Of a DNA stretch of 64,000 nucleotides, positions 20,593-30,686 are shown one piece after another (position 1 is the stretch's first letter; the number at the start of each line of letters is the position of its first letter). The notes under the pieces are model-generated. The model searched no databases and was not told the origin of the DNA. It worked only from the letters and a program-made list of their open reading frames with translations. The DNA comes from Methanotrichaceae archaeon (lineage in GTDB: Archaea; Halobacteriota; Methanosarcinia; Methanotrichales; Methanotrichaceae), in NCBI GenBank assembly GCA_963748825.1, contig CAVVKN010000003.1, positions 32,001-96,000 on the forward strand, in the 5' to 3' direction. Position numbers and translations under genes: made by a program.

Positions 20593-21485
20593 GTCGCCTC
20601 CGAGAGACGCAGGAATGCCTCTTCCAGCTTGGGCTCCGCCAGCCTCATGTCCCGAGGCGAGATTGCAGCCAGTACCTCTTTGATCTGTGCGTGGCTTTCC
20701 AGGCGGACCTGCACGACTCCACCAACGACATCTATCTCATATCCCTGGGCCAGAAGCTGGGCGGCATCTCTCTCCGGCTCGGCCAGCCAGAGCTTGAGAA
20801 TGGGTTTTAGGCCTGCCTGGCGTTGGATTTCCTCCGGCGTCCCCTGGGCCGCCATCCTTCCCGCGCGCATGTAGCCCACCCTCTGGCATTTCTCCGCCTC
20901 ATCCATGAGGTGGGTGGTGATGAGCACCGTCTTGCCTTCCCCTGCCAGGCGGTTGAAGTACTCCCAGAATGTTTGCCGGAGGCGGGGGTCTATGCCCACG
21001 GTGGGCTCGTCCAGCAATAGCAGCTCGGGCTCGTGGATGAGGGTGCAGGCCAAAGAGAGCCTCTGGTACATACCGCCGGAGAGCGCCCCGGCCAGACGAC
21101 TGCGGTGCTCCAAGAGATCGACCATTCGGAGCAGCTCCTCTATCTTCTCCTCTCGCTTCTGCTTCTTCAGGCCATAGAGCCCGGCATAAAACTCCATATT
21201 TTCCTGCACAGTGAGGTCGGGATAGAGAGCTTTGTGCTGGGTCATATAGCCTATCTGAGAGTAGATCTTATCAACTTCGGAGACGGGCCGGCCAAGGACT
21301 TTCATCTCTCCCCCGTCCAGGCGCAGCAGCCGCACGATGGCGCGAATGAAGGTGGTCTTGCCCGAGCCGTTTGGCCCGAGCAGGCAGTAGGTCATGCCGG
21401 AGGGAATGTCCAAGTTAAGGCTGTCCAAGACCTTTTGCCGCCCGAAGCTCTTAGTCACGCCCCGAGCCGATACCGCCAGCTCCAT
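20589..21485 (-). CDS. ABC transporter ATP-binding protein
   Basis: GPNGSGKT, LSGGM, LLLDEPTVG, TTH. Confidence 0.93.
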   Translation of the reverse strand: MELAVSARGVTKSFGRQKVLDSLNLDIPSGMTYCLLGPNGSGKTTFIRAIVRLLRLDGGEMKVLGRPVSEVDKIYSQIGYMTQHKALYPDLTVQENMEFYAGLYGLKKQKREEKIEELLRMVDLLEHRSRLAGALSGGMYQRLSLACTLIHEPELLLLDEPTVGIDPRLRQTFWEYFNRLAGEGKTVLITTHLMDEAEKCQRVGYMRAGRMAAQGTPEEIQRQAGLKPILKLWLAEPERDAAQLLAQGYEIDVVGGVVQVRLESHAQIKEVLAAISPRDMRLAEPKLEEAFLRLSEAT

Positions 21486-21517
21486 TTCTCTCACCTTCCT
21501 TCTCCCGGCCATGCTCC

Positions 21518-22621
21518 TCAGCTCTTGCTCCTTCTCTTGACTACTACTACAATCAAGACGGCGGCCAGCACAACGAGGAGAAGGACGGCTGCCAACGGTC
21601 GGCTTGAGCTCTGCGGTTCGATTTGCAGATAGGCATTCTCCGAGTCGGAAAGGTCGTCCCGGTAACTATCGGAAAACTCGAAGAGAACCTTAAGCTGATA
21701 TCTTTTGCCGGGCACGGCATCCTTGGAGACATCCATTTTATAGAGCAGCTCTGCCTCCTGTTGCGGCTGCAAGGCTGGAATGGGCGACTCGTCCACGCTC
21801 ACATAAAGGCCGCTCTCCGGACGCAGCCTGGCCACCAGGTCTTTGGCCACATCATGGCCTACATTTTTTATGCGGATTTTGATCACATTGTCCTGAGTGC
21901 CTGCCGGCAGGGCAGAGGGACTGACATCCAGGATCTCAAACTGCGCGCCGCTTCTTCGCTCTACTGTCAGGGTTAGGGGAATGGTCTGACTGAGGCTATC
22001 ATACCAGTAAAATACATCCGGGCTCTCTGGGCGGTCTTCATCTCCTTTCACGGCCACGTCTCGCTGGTAGGTGTAATTGACGATGGCGTCAAGCCGATAT
22101 TGGCCGGGGCGGGTATTCTTGTAGGCTTCCAGGGGAAACTCCAACCGGGCGGAGGTCTGGCCCTCCCGGATGTTGCCGGGAAAGGCCACGGACCGTTTTA
22201 TGTCTATGGCGCTCTCATTTTCAGCTATTAGGCGAATCGAAACATCCTGGGCGATGGTTCTCTGCTTTTCCAGCTCCTGCTCTCTTTGTGCGGCGAGAAT
22301 CTCTTCTCTCTTATTGGCGCCGGGCTCCTCGTTGACCTGGAAAGAGGTTATCCTTCCTCGATTGCTCAGGGTGAGAAAAAGCGAGGTCTGCTCACCCTGA
22401 TAGACGCGAGTCTGCTCCAGGGAGACGGTCAGATTAGGTGTGCCGTAGACCTTGTAGTAGTCGTCCCCGAACTTCTCCGGGGGAATGGGTGCGCCGCTCT
22501 CGGCTGCCTGCCCGCAGGCAAAACAAGTAGCAAGAGCTGCGAACATGGCCAGGGCGAAAATGCCCCAGAATGAGATAAAATTTTTCTGCCCGGAATTATT
22601 TATGATCTGCGTGTCCATCAT
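21518..22621 (-). CDS. COG1361-like S-layer/Ig-domain membrane-anchored protein
   Basis: Signal peptide, two Ig-like units (LSNRG; IKNVG..VA), C-terminal TM plus basic tail; operonic with the ABC exporter. Confidence 0.75.
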   Translation of the reverse strand: MMDTQIINNSGQKNFISFWGIFALAMFAALATCFACGQAAESGAPIPPEKFGDDYYKVYGTPNLTVSLEQTRVYQGEQTSLFLTLSNRGRITSFQVNEEPGANKREEILAAQREQELEKQRTIAQDVSIRLIAENESAIDIKRSVAFPGNIREGQTSARLEFPLEAYKNTRPGQYRLDAIVNYTYQRDVAVKGDEDRPESPDVFYWYDSLSQTIPLTLTVERRSGAQFEILDVSPSALPAGTQDNVIKIRIKNVGHDVAKDLVARLRPESGLYVSVDESPIPALQPQQEAELLYKMDVSKDAVPGKRYQLKVLFEFSDSYRDDLSDSENAYLQIEPQSSSRPLAAVLLLVVLAAVLIVVVVKRRSKS

Positions 22622-22680
22622 TTAATCCGCCCCTGTTTTACGATCCTTTCTTTCATGTCCATCTATTTGGATATTTTCAA

Positions 22681-23292
22681 TTATTTACCCCGGCACCACA
22701 ATCTTGGCAAGAACATGGGCACAGCGTTCCGGTATTCCTCATACTCCTCTCCGAACTCTTCTTTCAGCGACCTCTCCTCGTGCCGGGCACCCAGGTAAAA
22801 GTAGATCGTGACCAGGATATTGAAGGCCAGCAGATTCTCGGTCATGAGGGGGGAGAGCCAGAGGAAAACAGCGGAAAAGAAGAAAAGAGGATTTCTGATG
22901 TGGCAGTAAAAGCCGTCCGTCACCAGCCCGCCCTCTCCGCTTGATGGCCCACTTGCGCCCTGCAATTGGGACAGGCCCAGGAAATAGGAGACGCCCGTCC
23001 TGCGAATCGTCTGCAACAGCGCAACTGCTGCCAGGAGCTGGGCGACGAGCATTAGCCATCTCCAGGGTGCTGGAATGGAATAGAGAATTCGGTCAGGTAG
23101 GAAGATCAGAATGTTGAGAAAGGGCAGGATCATGAGCAGAGCGAGCAGGTTGTAGGCCAACCTCTGCCAGCGGTCAAAGGAATTGCCGTTCGCTTTTTTG
23201 GCCCGGCTCTTGAATCTGGGATCAGCCAGGAAACTGTGCACAACGGCAAATAGTACAAAGTATGCCCCCATGATAATAGTGCTTGATATCAT
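22681..23292 (-). CDS. Isoprenylcysteine carboxylmethyltransferase / nurim / MddA-like membrane methyltransferase
   Basis: LFAVVHS, G.Y..IRNP, EERSL..EFGEEY..Y...VPMFLP. Confidence 0.8.
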   Translation of the reverse strand: MISSTIIMGAYFVLFAVVHSFLADPRFKSRAKKANGNSFDRWQRLAYNLLALLMILPFLNILIFLPDRILYSIPAPWRWLMLVAQLLAAVALLQTIRRTGVSYFLGLSQLQGASGPSSGEGGLVTDGFYCHIRNPLFFFSAVFLWLSPLMTENLLAFNILVTIYFYLGARHEERSLKEEFGEEYEEYRNAVPMFLPRLWCRGK

Positions 23293-23342
23293 AATTCTGC
23301 CTTGGAATTACTGATAGCATCTCCTGTAGATAGTTATCTGAG

Positions 23343-23585
23343 CTAAATTCCAAAGCCCAGGAAATGGAGCAGTATCACCAGGAATGCGCCCAGGACTCCG
23401 CCGATGCCGCAGATCAAGACCACCAGCCAGCTATAGCCAATGCCTAGACCTGCTACGGCGTTAGCCATAATGAGAATCAACAGCCCCATTATGGCATTGA
23501 CCACGAAATTCTTGATGGATCTCATGATCAAGAATGCGCCAAAGACTATGACTATGAATAATAATATAAGTCCTGCGTCGCTCAT
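23343..23585 (-). CDS. BofA-like small membrane protein
   Basis: 80 aa, NAIMGLLIL..AN, ICGIGGVLG; three hydrophobic segments. Confidence 0.7.
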   Translation of the reverse strand: MSDAGLILLFIVIVFGAFLIMRSIKNFVVNAIMGLLILIMANAVAGLGIGYSWLVVLICGIGGVLGAFLVILLHFLGFGI

Positions 23586-23628
23586 GGCATCAAATTGGAC
23601 TCGCTAACTATTTAACTTGTAGGATCAC

Positions 23629-24942
23629 GAAGGGCGGAGCGGGAAGTCCCCATCCTTCAGGGTGGGGATGAAAGCGGAGTCATTTGTCATGATTACTTTC
23701 ACGCCGCCCTCAACTGATATAAATATTAGGTATGCATATCTGTATTCGTATGATGATCAGCTACAAGTATCCCATATTCCCGAGCAATATCACTCAATGG
23801 AAGTTAGCAGAGAATTTGGATGCTTGCAGGTGGCTCTATAATCGGCTTCTCGAAGACCTGAATGATGCTAAAGAGAAAGGCATCAAGCTCAAGACCTATG
23901 ATACTCAGAACATGATTCCAACTCTTAAGCTTGAGAATCCGAAGCTGAATCTGGTCTATTCCAAAGTTCTTCAGATGGTGAATTATACTCTTTGGTCTAA
24001 TTTCAAGGGACTTGCAGCGTCCAAGAAGAATGGTCGAAAGATCGGTCATGTCCGTTTCAAAGGATATGGCTGGTACAACACTATGAATTACAATCAGTCC
24101 GGCTTCAAGATCGATCAAGATCATAGCCTGCTGCATCTCTCTAAGATTGGAGAAATGCGGATCAAGATCTATCGAAAGATCGAAGGTTGCATCAAAGCCG
24201 TCATAATCAAGAGAGAAGGCGAGAGATGGTTCGCCATAGTCCAGGCCGATCAGGGACCACAGCCGTTACCGGAAACTGGAGAAGCAGTTGGTATTGATGT
24301 CGGTTTGACTTCCTTCGTGGTTGACTCTGAAGGCAATGATATAGAAAATCCAAGATGTGCAGAACAATCCGAAGATAAGCTTGCTGGACTGCAAAGAAGG
24401 CTAGCCAGGGCGGTGAGGGGATCGAATAATTATGGGGCGATCAAGGATAAGATTGCAAAGCTGCATAAGAGAATCAACTGCCAACGAGATGATTTCCTGC
24501 ATAAGCTCTCTCGGATGTATGTCAATAACTTCGATATCATTTGCGTTGAGGATCTGGATGTCAAAGGTCTGAAAGAGAACGGCCATAATAACGGTATGCA
24601 TCGCAGCATTCATGATGCATCCTGGTCAAAGTTTATATTCATGCTTTCGTACAAGGCTCAAAGTGCTGGTCGGAAGCTGATAAAAATAGATCCCAGGAAC
24701 ACGACTCAAAGGTGTTCTGCTTGTGGTGGCATCGTAAAGAAAGATCTATCGGTACGAGTGCATGAGTGCCATTATTGCGGTTTCTCATGCAATCGAGACT
24801 ACAATGCTTCCAGAAATATACTCATCGCAGGGATGGAACAGCCCGTAGCGCCCATCGAGTCGAAACCTCTAAATCACATATCCGTGATGCAAGTTTTGGC
24901 GATGAAGTGGGAAGCCGCGCCCTTCAGGACGCGGTAGTTCAC
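23629..24942 (+). mobile_element. IS200/IS605-family (IS1341-like, tnpB-only) element
   Basis: Left subterminal hairpin TCCCCATCC-TTCA-GGGTGGGGA (23647-23668), right hairpin CCGCGCCC-TTCA-GGACGCGG followed by TAGTTCAC; TCAC precedes the inferred left end; no tnpA. Confidence 0.85.
23732..24937 (+). CDS. tnpB: RNA-guided endonuclease TnpB
   Basis: N-terminal HTH (CRWLYN), RuvC GIDVG / VEDL / RDYNA, zinc finger CSAC...CHYC. Confidence 0.95.
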   Translation: MHICIRMMISYKYPIFPSNITQWKLAENLDACRWLYNRLLEDLNDAKEKGIKLKTYDTQNMIPTLKLENPKLNLVYSKVLQMVNYTLWSNFKGLAASKKNGRKIGHVRFKGYGWYNTMNYNQSGFKIDQDHSLLHLSKIGEMRIKIYRKIEGCIKAVIIKREGERWFAIVQADQGPQPLPETGEAVGIDVGLTSFVVDSEGNDIENPRCAEQSEDKLAGLQRRLARAVRGSNNYGAIKDKIAKLHKRINCQRDDFLHKLSRMYVNNFDIICVEDLDVKGLKENGHNNGMHRSIHDASWSKFIFMLSYKAQSAGRKLIKIDPRNTTQRCSACGGIVKKDLSVRVHECHYCGFSCNRDYNASRNILIAGMEQPVAPIESKPLNHISVMQVLAMKWEAAPFRTR

Positions 24943-24947
24943 AAGCC

Positions 24948-27900
24948 TTATACCTTGAACTGCTCCATTTCGCTTCCCAAACGATGCAGCTCTTTTGTGT
25001 CCAGGGAGAGTGGATCGATATGGACCAGCATTATAGCGTTCTTTAGGGCGATCTCATCCCTCTGGGACTGAACAAACCGGAGCACAGTTTCGTAGTTGCT
25101 CTGGGTGATGAGATAACCCATTCCCTCCAGCAATATAATGGGATAGTTGGCCCTGCCCAGGAAATCGGTGATCATACTGGAGAGCCGGGGGAAGTTCGTC
25201 GGGTCCACTGCCCTATATCCCGGCTCGCTCTTTTGCGTCAGCCATATGACCGCATCTGCAGGCACATTATACCTTTCATTAAGGATTTTTGGATTGTAGC
25301 GGCTCAAACACAGTCCATCCATGCCGTGCCTCACCAGCTCGCTGAAGATCTCCAGGCTCTTCTGCGGCTTTTCCTCGGCAATAATGTAGGTAGTCCCTGG
25401 AATGAGTGAGATCTCATAGGGACTTCGTCCATAGCTCTTCATGAGCTCAGCCAGTGTCAGCGTGAGGTCGAAAGCGGGATCGTATGTCTTGATGATCCTG
25501 GCCAGCCTTCTCATCGCCACAAAGAAGCTGCGCCTTGTCAGCACCAGATCCGGGCGAATATCAAGAGACATACTGGACTGCAAAGCGCCTTGCATTTCCG
25601 GCTCGCAGGCGGCAACGGAATCATCTGAGGGCTGCTGCGTCTGCTTGCCAGTCTCGAAGAATTCCCCGGAGGCTATCAGCTCATTGGCCTGCATAACGGT
25701 CTCTCTTCTCACTTCATCGCCGATCCGTGAGAGCATGGCATCGGAGAAGGCCCGGAAGAGATAGGCGGAAAGGGGGCCCAATGAGAAAAGCAGCTCTTTG
25801 ACCTCATTAATGCTCGAGTTCATGCTCGTATGGACGAAATCTGGTTTTTCTGCCAGAATCAAATGCGTCTTATGGCCTAAAAGCTCCATCTGGTAGACAA
25901 AGTCAAGTATCTCCCTTTGCGGGATCTTGCCTTCGTTTTCTTTGACGAGCTGCTCGATGCTGTCTATGAGAACGACGCTGTTCTTGCTGGACTCAACGAA
26001 TGCCTTTATGGTCATAAAAAGGAGTGGCAGATTTCTTGGGGAGATGTAGCGATCGCTTCCCTTCTCATCAGAGAGCTTGATGATGGGCGTCTCTTTAAAG
26101 CCCCAGCGTCGTCTCACCTCTTCAGGGGCAAAATGCGTAATACACAGCCCCTCCACGCCATGGGTGATCTGATCTGTGAAGACCTCATAGGCAATCTCAG
26201 GCACGATATAGGCCTTTCCTCGCACTAAATCATATGCGGGAAGGGTTTCCTTGGCCGCTTCTATCACCGGCTTAACTGTTACCCGATCTTCCACAATCAT
26301 CTTCGTAGCCGAGGATCCCACTGAGCCGGTAAGCGTCTTCTCAAACTGGTCCCATAGGAGCCGAAGCTGTCCTGCTTCAATCTTCTCCCGGCTGGTGCCC
26401 AGTCGCTCAAGGTGAGCATCGACCTGCTTCCTGGCTGGCGTCTCACCGATGTAACGTGCCAGTGTTGCCTCCAGCTCCTCAACTGTTCCCTGACGTATCT
26501 CATGTGTCTCGTGGCCCTGAGCAGTAGCATCTTCATGGTACGCATCCACGAAGCAATTGGCAGACCTCTGCTCATCTAAACTGGGCTTGCTTACCAAAGA
26601 GACGAGGACATAAAGGCTGCAGTTGACCAGTAGTGTCCAGAAGACGGAATTTGTCCACATGTCCAGATCAAGACCAAAGAGATTGGTGGGTATAAGGGCA
26701 GCTATGCCGAAGGGTCCGTCCCGTACAAGATTTCCCAGCCATACATTCCCTTTCGCAATGGTAGGAATGAGGGCCGTGTAGGCCCAGAGTAAAAAGCCCG
26801 ATACCAAGCCTGCCATGGCCCCTTTCCGGTTGCCCTTCTTCCAGTATAGGCCCCCCAGGGCGGCAGGAGCTAATTGACTGGCTGCCAGAAAAGAGACAAC
26901 TCCGATCTCTGCCAGTATCTGGTAAGCAACGGCGCGCGAGTAGAGATATCCTAGGAGCACGACCAGAAGTATGTTCAGCCTTCTGGTATTGAGAAGCGTA
27001 TTGACCAGGTTTTTGTCCGTCTTTATTTTGCTCAAAATATAGGGCATCTCCAGGTCGTTGAGCAGCATGGTGCCCACGGCAACGGATTCAACCAGGATCA
27101 TGGCAGTGGCTGCCGAAGTCCCTCCTATGAACACGAAAAGAGAGAGAGCGTCCTGGCCCTGAGTGTAAGGTATGGTTATTATGAATGCATCCTTTAGACC
27201 GGCAGTATTCAGCAGCACCCCTCCCCAGGCGATGGCGGGGACGAAGATGTTGATCAACAAAAGATAGAGCGGAAAGAGCCACATTGCCTTCCTAAGGTGC
27301 TTTTCATCTGAGTTTTCCACCACCATAACATGAAACTGCCTGGGCAGGAATAAGATGGCAAAGAAGGAGATCAGCGTCAGGGAGAACCAGAGGGTCGGCT
27401 CTACATCCATGAGTGTCTCATATGCCTGATTTTTTGAGGCCAGCTCGATCATCTGGCTCATAATATCTGCATATCCACCAAAGACGCCGTAGGCGACATA
27501 GAGTCCTGCGAAAAGAAAAGCAACTATCTTCAGCAGTGATTCAAAGGCCACGACAGCGATCAAGCCCTCATGCCGCTCCATGGGATCGAGATGGCGAGCC
27601 CCGAATATGACTGCAAAGGCCCCTAAAAGCACGGCTACCACGAGCTTGCTCTCTACGGCAAAGCCCAGAAATATTTGCGAGCCGCTCAGTATCTCAAGAG
27701 ATGTGGATATGGCAATAAGCTGCAGTGCAACATAAGGTGTCACCATGACCAGGCTCAATATCGCCACTACGGCGCCTATGGCGTAGCTTCGACCATAGCG
27801 GAAGCTGATAAAGTCACTTATGGAGGTGAGTCTGTGCTCCTTTGAGACGCAAATCATCTTTCGGATTATGATCCAGCCAACGGTCATGGCTAAGACGGGT

Positions 27901-28124
27901 CCCAGGTAGATGGGCAAGAACTCCAGGCCCGTGGATGCCGCCCTTCCTATTGAGCCATAAAAGGTCCAGGCGGAGACATAGACACATAGTGAGAGGGCAT
28001 AAACATAAGGGTTAGCGACTATGCTTTTTCCCAAAAGCTTTTGGCGGTCGGCATACCGTGCGATGGCAAAGAGCAGCAGCAGGTAAAGGACCATGACGGC
28101 TAACGCGAGATGTGGTCCAATCAA
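24948..28124 (-). CDS. CrbS/CbrA-type SLC5 transporter-like domain + STAC + two DUF835 (inactive KaiC/RecA-like) domains
   Basis: YALSLCVY..AWTFYGSIG, LPIYLGP, LPRQFHVMVVEN, WLFPLYL; STAC-like LARYIG...EKTLTGSVGSSAT; two copies of GLC(I/L)(T/S)...P.N....(IDS/LEG); no histidine kinase motifs. Confidence 0.85.
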   Translation of the reverse strand: MIGPHLALAVMVLYLLLLFAIARYADRQKLLGKSIVANPYVYALSLCVYVSAWTFYGSIGRAASTGLEFLPIYLGPVLAMTVGWIIIRKMICVSKEHRLTSISDFISFRYGRSYAIGAVVAILSLVMVTPYVALQLIAISTSLEILSGSQIFLGFAVESKLVVAVLLGAFAVIFGARHLDPMERHEGLIAVVAFESLLKIVAFLFAGLYVAYGVFGGYADIMSQMIELASKNQAYETLMDVEPTLWFSLTLISFFAILFLPRQFHVMVVENSDEKHLRKAMWLFPLYLLLINIFVPAIAWGGVLLNTAGLKDAFIITIPYTQGQDALSLFVFIGGTSAATAMILVESVAVGTMLLNDLEMPYILSKIKTDKNLVNTLLNTRRLNILLVVLLGYLYSRAVAYQILAEIGVVSFLAASQLAPAALGGLYWKKGNRKGAMAGLVSGFLLWAYTALIPTIAKGNVWLGNLVRDGPFGIAALIPTNLFGLDLDMWTNSVFWTLLVNCSLYVLVSLVSKPSLDEQRSANCFVDAYHEDATAQGHETHEIRQGTVEELEATLARYIGETPARKQVDAHLERLGTSREKIEAGQLRLLWDQFEKTLTGSVGSSATKMIVEDRVTVKPVIEAAKETLPAYDLVRGKAYIVPEIAYEVFTDQITHGVEGLCITHFAPEEVRRRWGFKETPIIKLSDEKGSDRYISPRNLPLLFMTIKAFVESSKNSVVLIDSIEQLVKENEGKIPQREILDFVYQMELLGHKTHLILAEKPDFVHTSMNSSINEVKELLFSLGPLSAYLFRAFSDAMLSRIGDEVRRETVMQANELIASGEFFETGKQTQQPSDDSVAACEPEMQGALQSSMSLDIRPDLVLTRRSFFVAMRRLARIIKTYDPAFDLTLTLAELMKSYGRSPYEISLIPGTTYIIAEEKPQKSLEIFSELVRHGMDGLCLSRYNPKILNERYNVPADAVIWLTQKSEPGYRAVDPTNFPRLSSMITDFLGRANYPIILLEGMGYLITQSNYETVLRFVQSQRDEIALKNAIMLVHIDPLSLDTKELHRLGSEMEQFKV

Positions 28125-28330
28125 TCAAAATTCCCCCGATCGAAGAGATACAGAGCAAGGATGAAGAATAACCAGATCAGGGTAATATAAACCAGTATGG
28201 CCGGCATACCCATTATAACGTAGCCTTTCGGCAGTTCGATTAAAGGCCAGTTGAGCAGCACCCACCCTGTGGCGAAGAGAAAAACCCAGAATTCCTTCTG
28301 GCCCAGGAGATCCTTCAAGGATAGTGCCAT
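28121..28330 (-). CDS. Small two-TM protein upstream of the SLC5 sensor
   Basis: 69 aa MALSLKDLLGQKEFWVFLF...NWPL...GMPAILVYITLIW; stop overlaps the sensor start. Confidence 0.75.
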   Translation of the reverse strand: MALSLKDLLGQKEFWVFLFATGWVLLNWPLIELPKGYVIMGMPAILVYITLIWLFFILALYLFDRGNFD

Positions 28331-28332
28331 AT

Positions 28333-29013
28333 TTATAAACCCGGATAAACAACTAACCCCTTGACAGATATATCTACTGCATGCTTTCCCGAATGATGAG
28401 ATGTGCAGCACATCTTGACAATCTCAATGGACCTTCTCCGTGCGAAATTTATCTCTTCATTTTGCAACAGGATTATTCCATCGGCAACTTGCGCTATATG
28501 TGCTGGATAGGGTGCCCCTGGCGGTGCATCTTCTGCCACCAGTGCCACCACTTTTTTAATCTTGATCAAGTGAGATAGCTTGAGAAGAAAACGCCAGTAG
28601 TCGTCTTTGAGGATGTCTTCCAGAACGGATAGGTTTTCAATGACGATTCGAGTCGGCTGGAATGTATCGATCTCCTTCTCCAGCATATCCAAAAATAGGT
28701 CTTTCGATCTGCATGCTTTTTCCGCCATCTCTTCCAGTTCCAGGTAGCAGATCTCCTTGCCCAAATATGTGCTCTTTACAAATTCATAACGGGTGGCATA
28801 ATTGAATTGCAGATCAAGCGGTCCGCCGAAGGTCAGGAGGTATAGCCCGTGCTCGCCCAGATCCGCGCCTTTGCAGAGAAACTGAGTGCAAAAGGTGGTC
28901 TTGCCTGCCCCAGCGTCGCCCGTTAGAAGAATAAGAGACGGTCTGGGAAGACCGCCTTCAATCATGTTATCCAGACCCGGAATTCCTGTAGGCATCCTGT
29001 TTATCATATTCAA
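28333..29013 (-). CDS. Single-domain KaiC-like (RAD55/RecA-superfamily) ATPase
   Basis: TGIPGLD..IEGG.P, Walker A GDAGAGKT, Walker B variant IVIEN, VADGII.L, R.IEIVKM. Confidence 0.9.
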   Translation of the reverse strand: MNMINRMPTGIPGLDNMIEGGLPRPSLILLTGDAGAGKTTFCTQFLCKGADLGEHGLYLLTFGGPLDLQFNYATRYEFVKSTYLGKEICYLELEEMAEKACRSKDLFLDMLEKEIDTFQPTRIVIENLSVLEDILKDDYWRFLLKLSHLIKIKKVVALVAEDAPPGAPYPAHIAQVADGIILLQNEEINFARRRSIEIVKMCCTSHHSGKHAVDISVKGLVVYPGL

Positions 29014-29140
29014 ATCCTTTCACCAGGCTTTCTGAGGTTCAGGGAATCTTTTAGAAAATATTGCCTCTCATCTTATTTGTCTTTATCTTTCTCCAGACGG
29101 CTTTTATATCAGGAATTCATTCTCGTTGACGTGAGACGAC

Positions 29141-30445
29141 TTGATCCTTAGAACTCATTATTCAGGTGATATAACTCCAGAATTGGATGGCAAAGAGGTT
29201 ATTTTGACTGGCTTTGCTCACGAGACGCGCGACCTGGGGGGCATAGCCTTCCTGGTACTGCGGGATAGAAAAGGCCTGGCTCAGGTAACTCTGGTCAAGA
29301 AGCTTTTGGGAAAAGAGATGTTCAAGAGCGCGCGCACCATCAGCCGGGAGAGTGTGGTAATGGTGCGAGGAAGTGTCAAGGCAGAGCCGAAAGCTCCTCG
29401 CGGATACGAGATACTTCCCACTGAGATTCAGGTATTGAATGCCGCACAGGTGCCTTTGCCCCTGGACCCCACGGAGAAGGTGGAGTGCGAGCTGGACACA
29501 CGCCTCGATGCCAGGTTCATGGACATTAGAAGGCCCTGCATTCTGGCTGCGTTCGAGATCGAGAGCGCTGTTTTGCAGAGCCTGAGAAGCTGCTTCTACC
29601 AAAAAGGAGTAACCGAGGTATTCACTCCCAAGATAGTGGCTGCGGCCACAGAGGGTGGTACGGATCTCTTCCCCATCAGCTACTTCGAGAAGGAGGCTTT
29701 CCTGAATCAGAGCCCCCAGCTCTACAAACAGATGCTCATGAGCGCGGGCATGGACAGGGTCTTTGAGATCGGCCCTATCTTCCGGGCTGAGGAGCACGAC
29801 ACCCGCCGCCACCTCAATGAGGCCATCTCCATCGATATTGAGTTTAGCTTTGCTGATGACAAGGCCGTTATGGAGCTTTTGGAAGAGGCAGTGGTAGGGG
29901 CCTACAGGTATGTGGCAGAGAATTGCCGCTACCAGTTGGAGGTCCTGGGCCTGGACCTGCAAGTTCCAAAGCTTCCCTTTAAGCGAATCACTTATTCTGA
30001 GGCACTGGAGCTGGCAGGAGAGAAGGCAGGAGTCAAGATGCAGTGGGGAGATGATCTGGATACAGAGACGGAGAGGTTCCTGGGCGAGACCATTGGCGAG
30101 CACTACTTCCTCACCGACTGGCCGTCCTCCATAAAGCCCTACTACACCTTGCCTTATGAGGATCGGCCCGAGGTCTGCCGGGGATTTGACCTCATGCATC
30201 CGCGCATGGAGCTGGCCTCTGGGGCGCAAAGAGTGCACGACTATAACCAGCTTGTCGAGCGCATAAAAGAGAAAGGGCTGGACCCGGACGGATTTGAGTT
30301 CTACCTCAAGGCCTTCCGCTACGGCATGCCGCCGCATGCCGGCTGGGGACTGGGCCTCTCCCGGCTGGTCATGACCATGCTTAAATTGGAGAATATTCGC
30401 GACGCGGTGCTCTTCCCGCGCGACCGAAGGCGGCTGGTGCCCTAG
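29141..30445 (+). CDS. aspS: Archaeal aspartate--tRNA ligase, probably non-discriminating
   Basis: [37 protein letters not shown]; anticodon-domain His and Pro (KAPRG) typical of ND-AspRS, consistent with gatCAB in the window. Confidence 0.96.
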   Translation: MILRTHYSGDITPELDGKEVILTGFAHETRDLGGIAFLVLRDRKGLAQVTLVKKLLGKEMFKSARTISRESVVMVRGSVKAEPKAPRGYEILPTEIQVLNAAQVPLPLDPTEKVECELDTRLDARFMDIRRPCILAAFEIESAVLQSLRSCFYQKGVTEVFTPKIVAAATEGGTDLFPISYFEKEAFLNQSPQLYKQMLMSAGMDRVFEIGPIFRAEEHDTRRHLNEAISIDIEFSFADDKAVMELLEEAVVGAYRYVAENCRYQLEVLGLDLQVPKLPFKRITYSEALELAGEKAGVKMQWGDDLDTETERFLGETIGEHYFLTDWPSSIKPYYTLPYEDRPEVCRGFDLMHPRMELASGAQRVHDYNQLVERIKEKGLDPDGFEFYLKAFRYGMPPHAGWGLGLSRLVMTMLKLENIRDAVLFPRDRRRLVP

Positions 30446-30686
30446 AGGCACAGGCTGTCTTTTTTAGCGGCCTTTGTCCCGTCTTTTTTTATTTCTTATG
30501 AGCTATTCCGGATCTTTCGAAGCGATTTTGCAACTCAGTTAGCAAAAATAAAATAGTTCTACTGAGATTAGTTTTACGTGGCTATAACTGTCTTTTAGTA
30601 CATCCGTTTTAATCAATTTCAATTCTTTAAGAAAAAAATATATATTACCTGTCTACAAATTAACTCATACTAAACGAGATGATTTC

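Noticed and set aside
29162-30451. 429-aa ORF antisense to aspS
   Set aside because: Shadow ORF from codon bias in a GC-rich conserved gene; no recognisable motifs.
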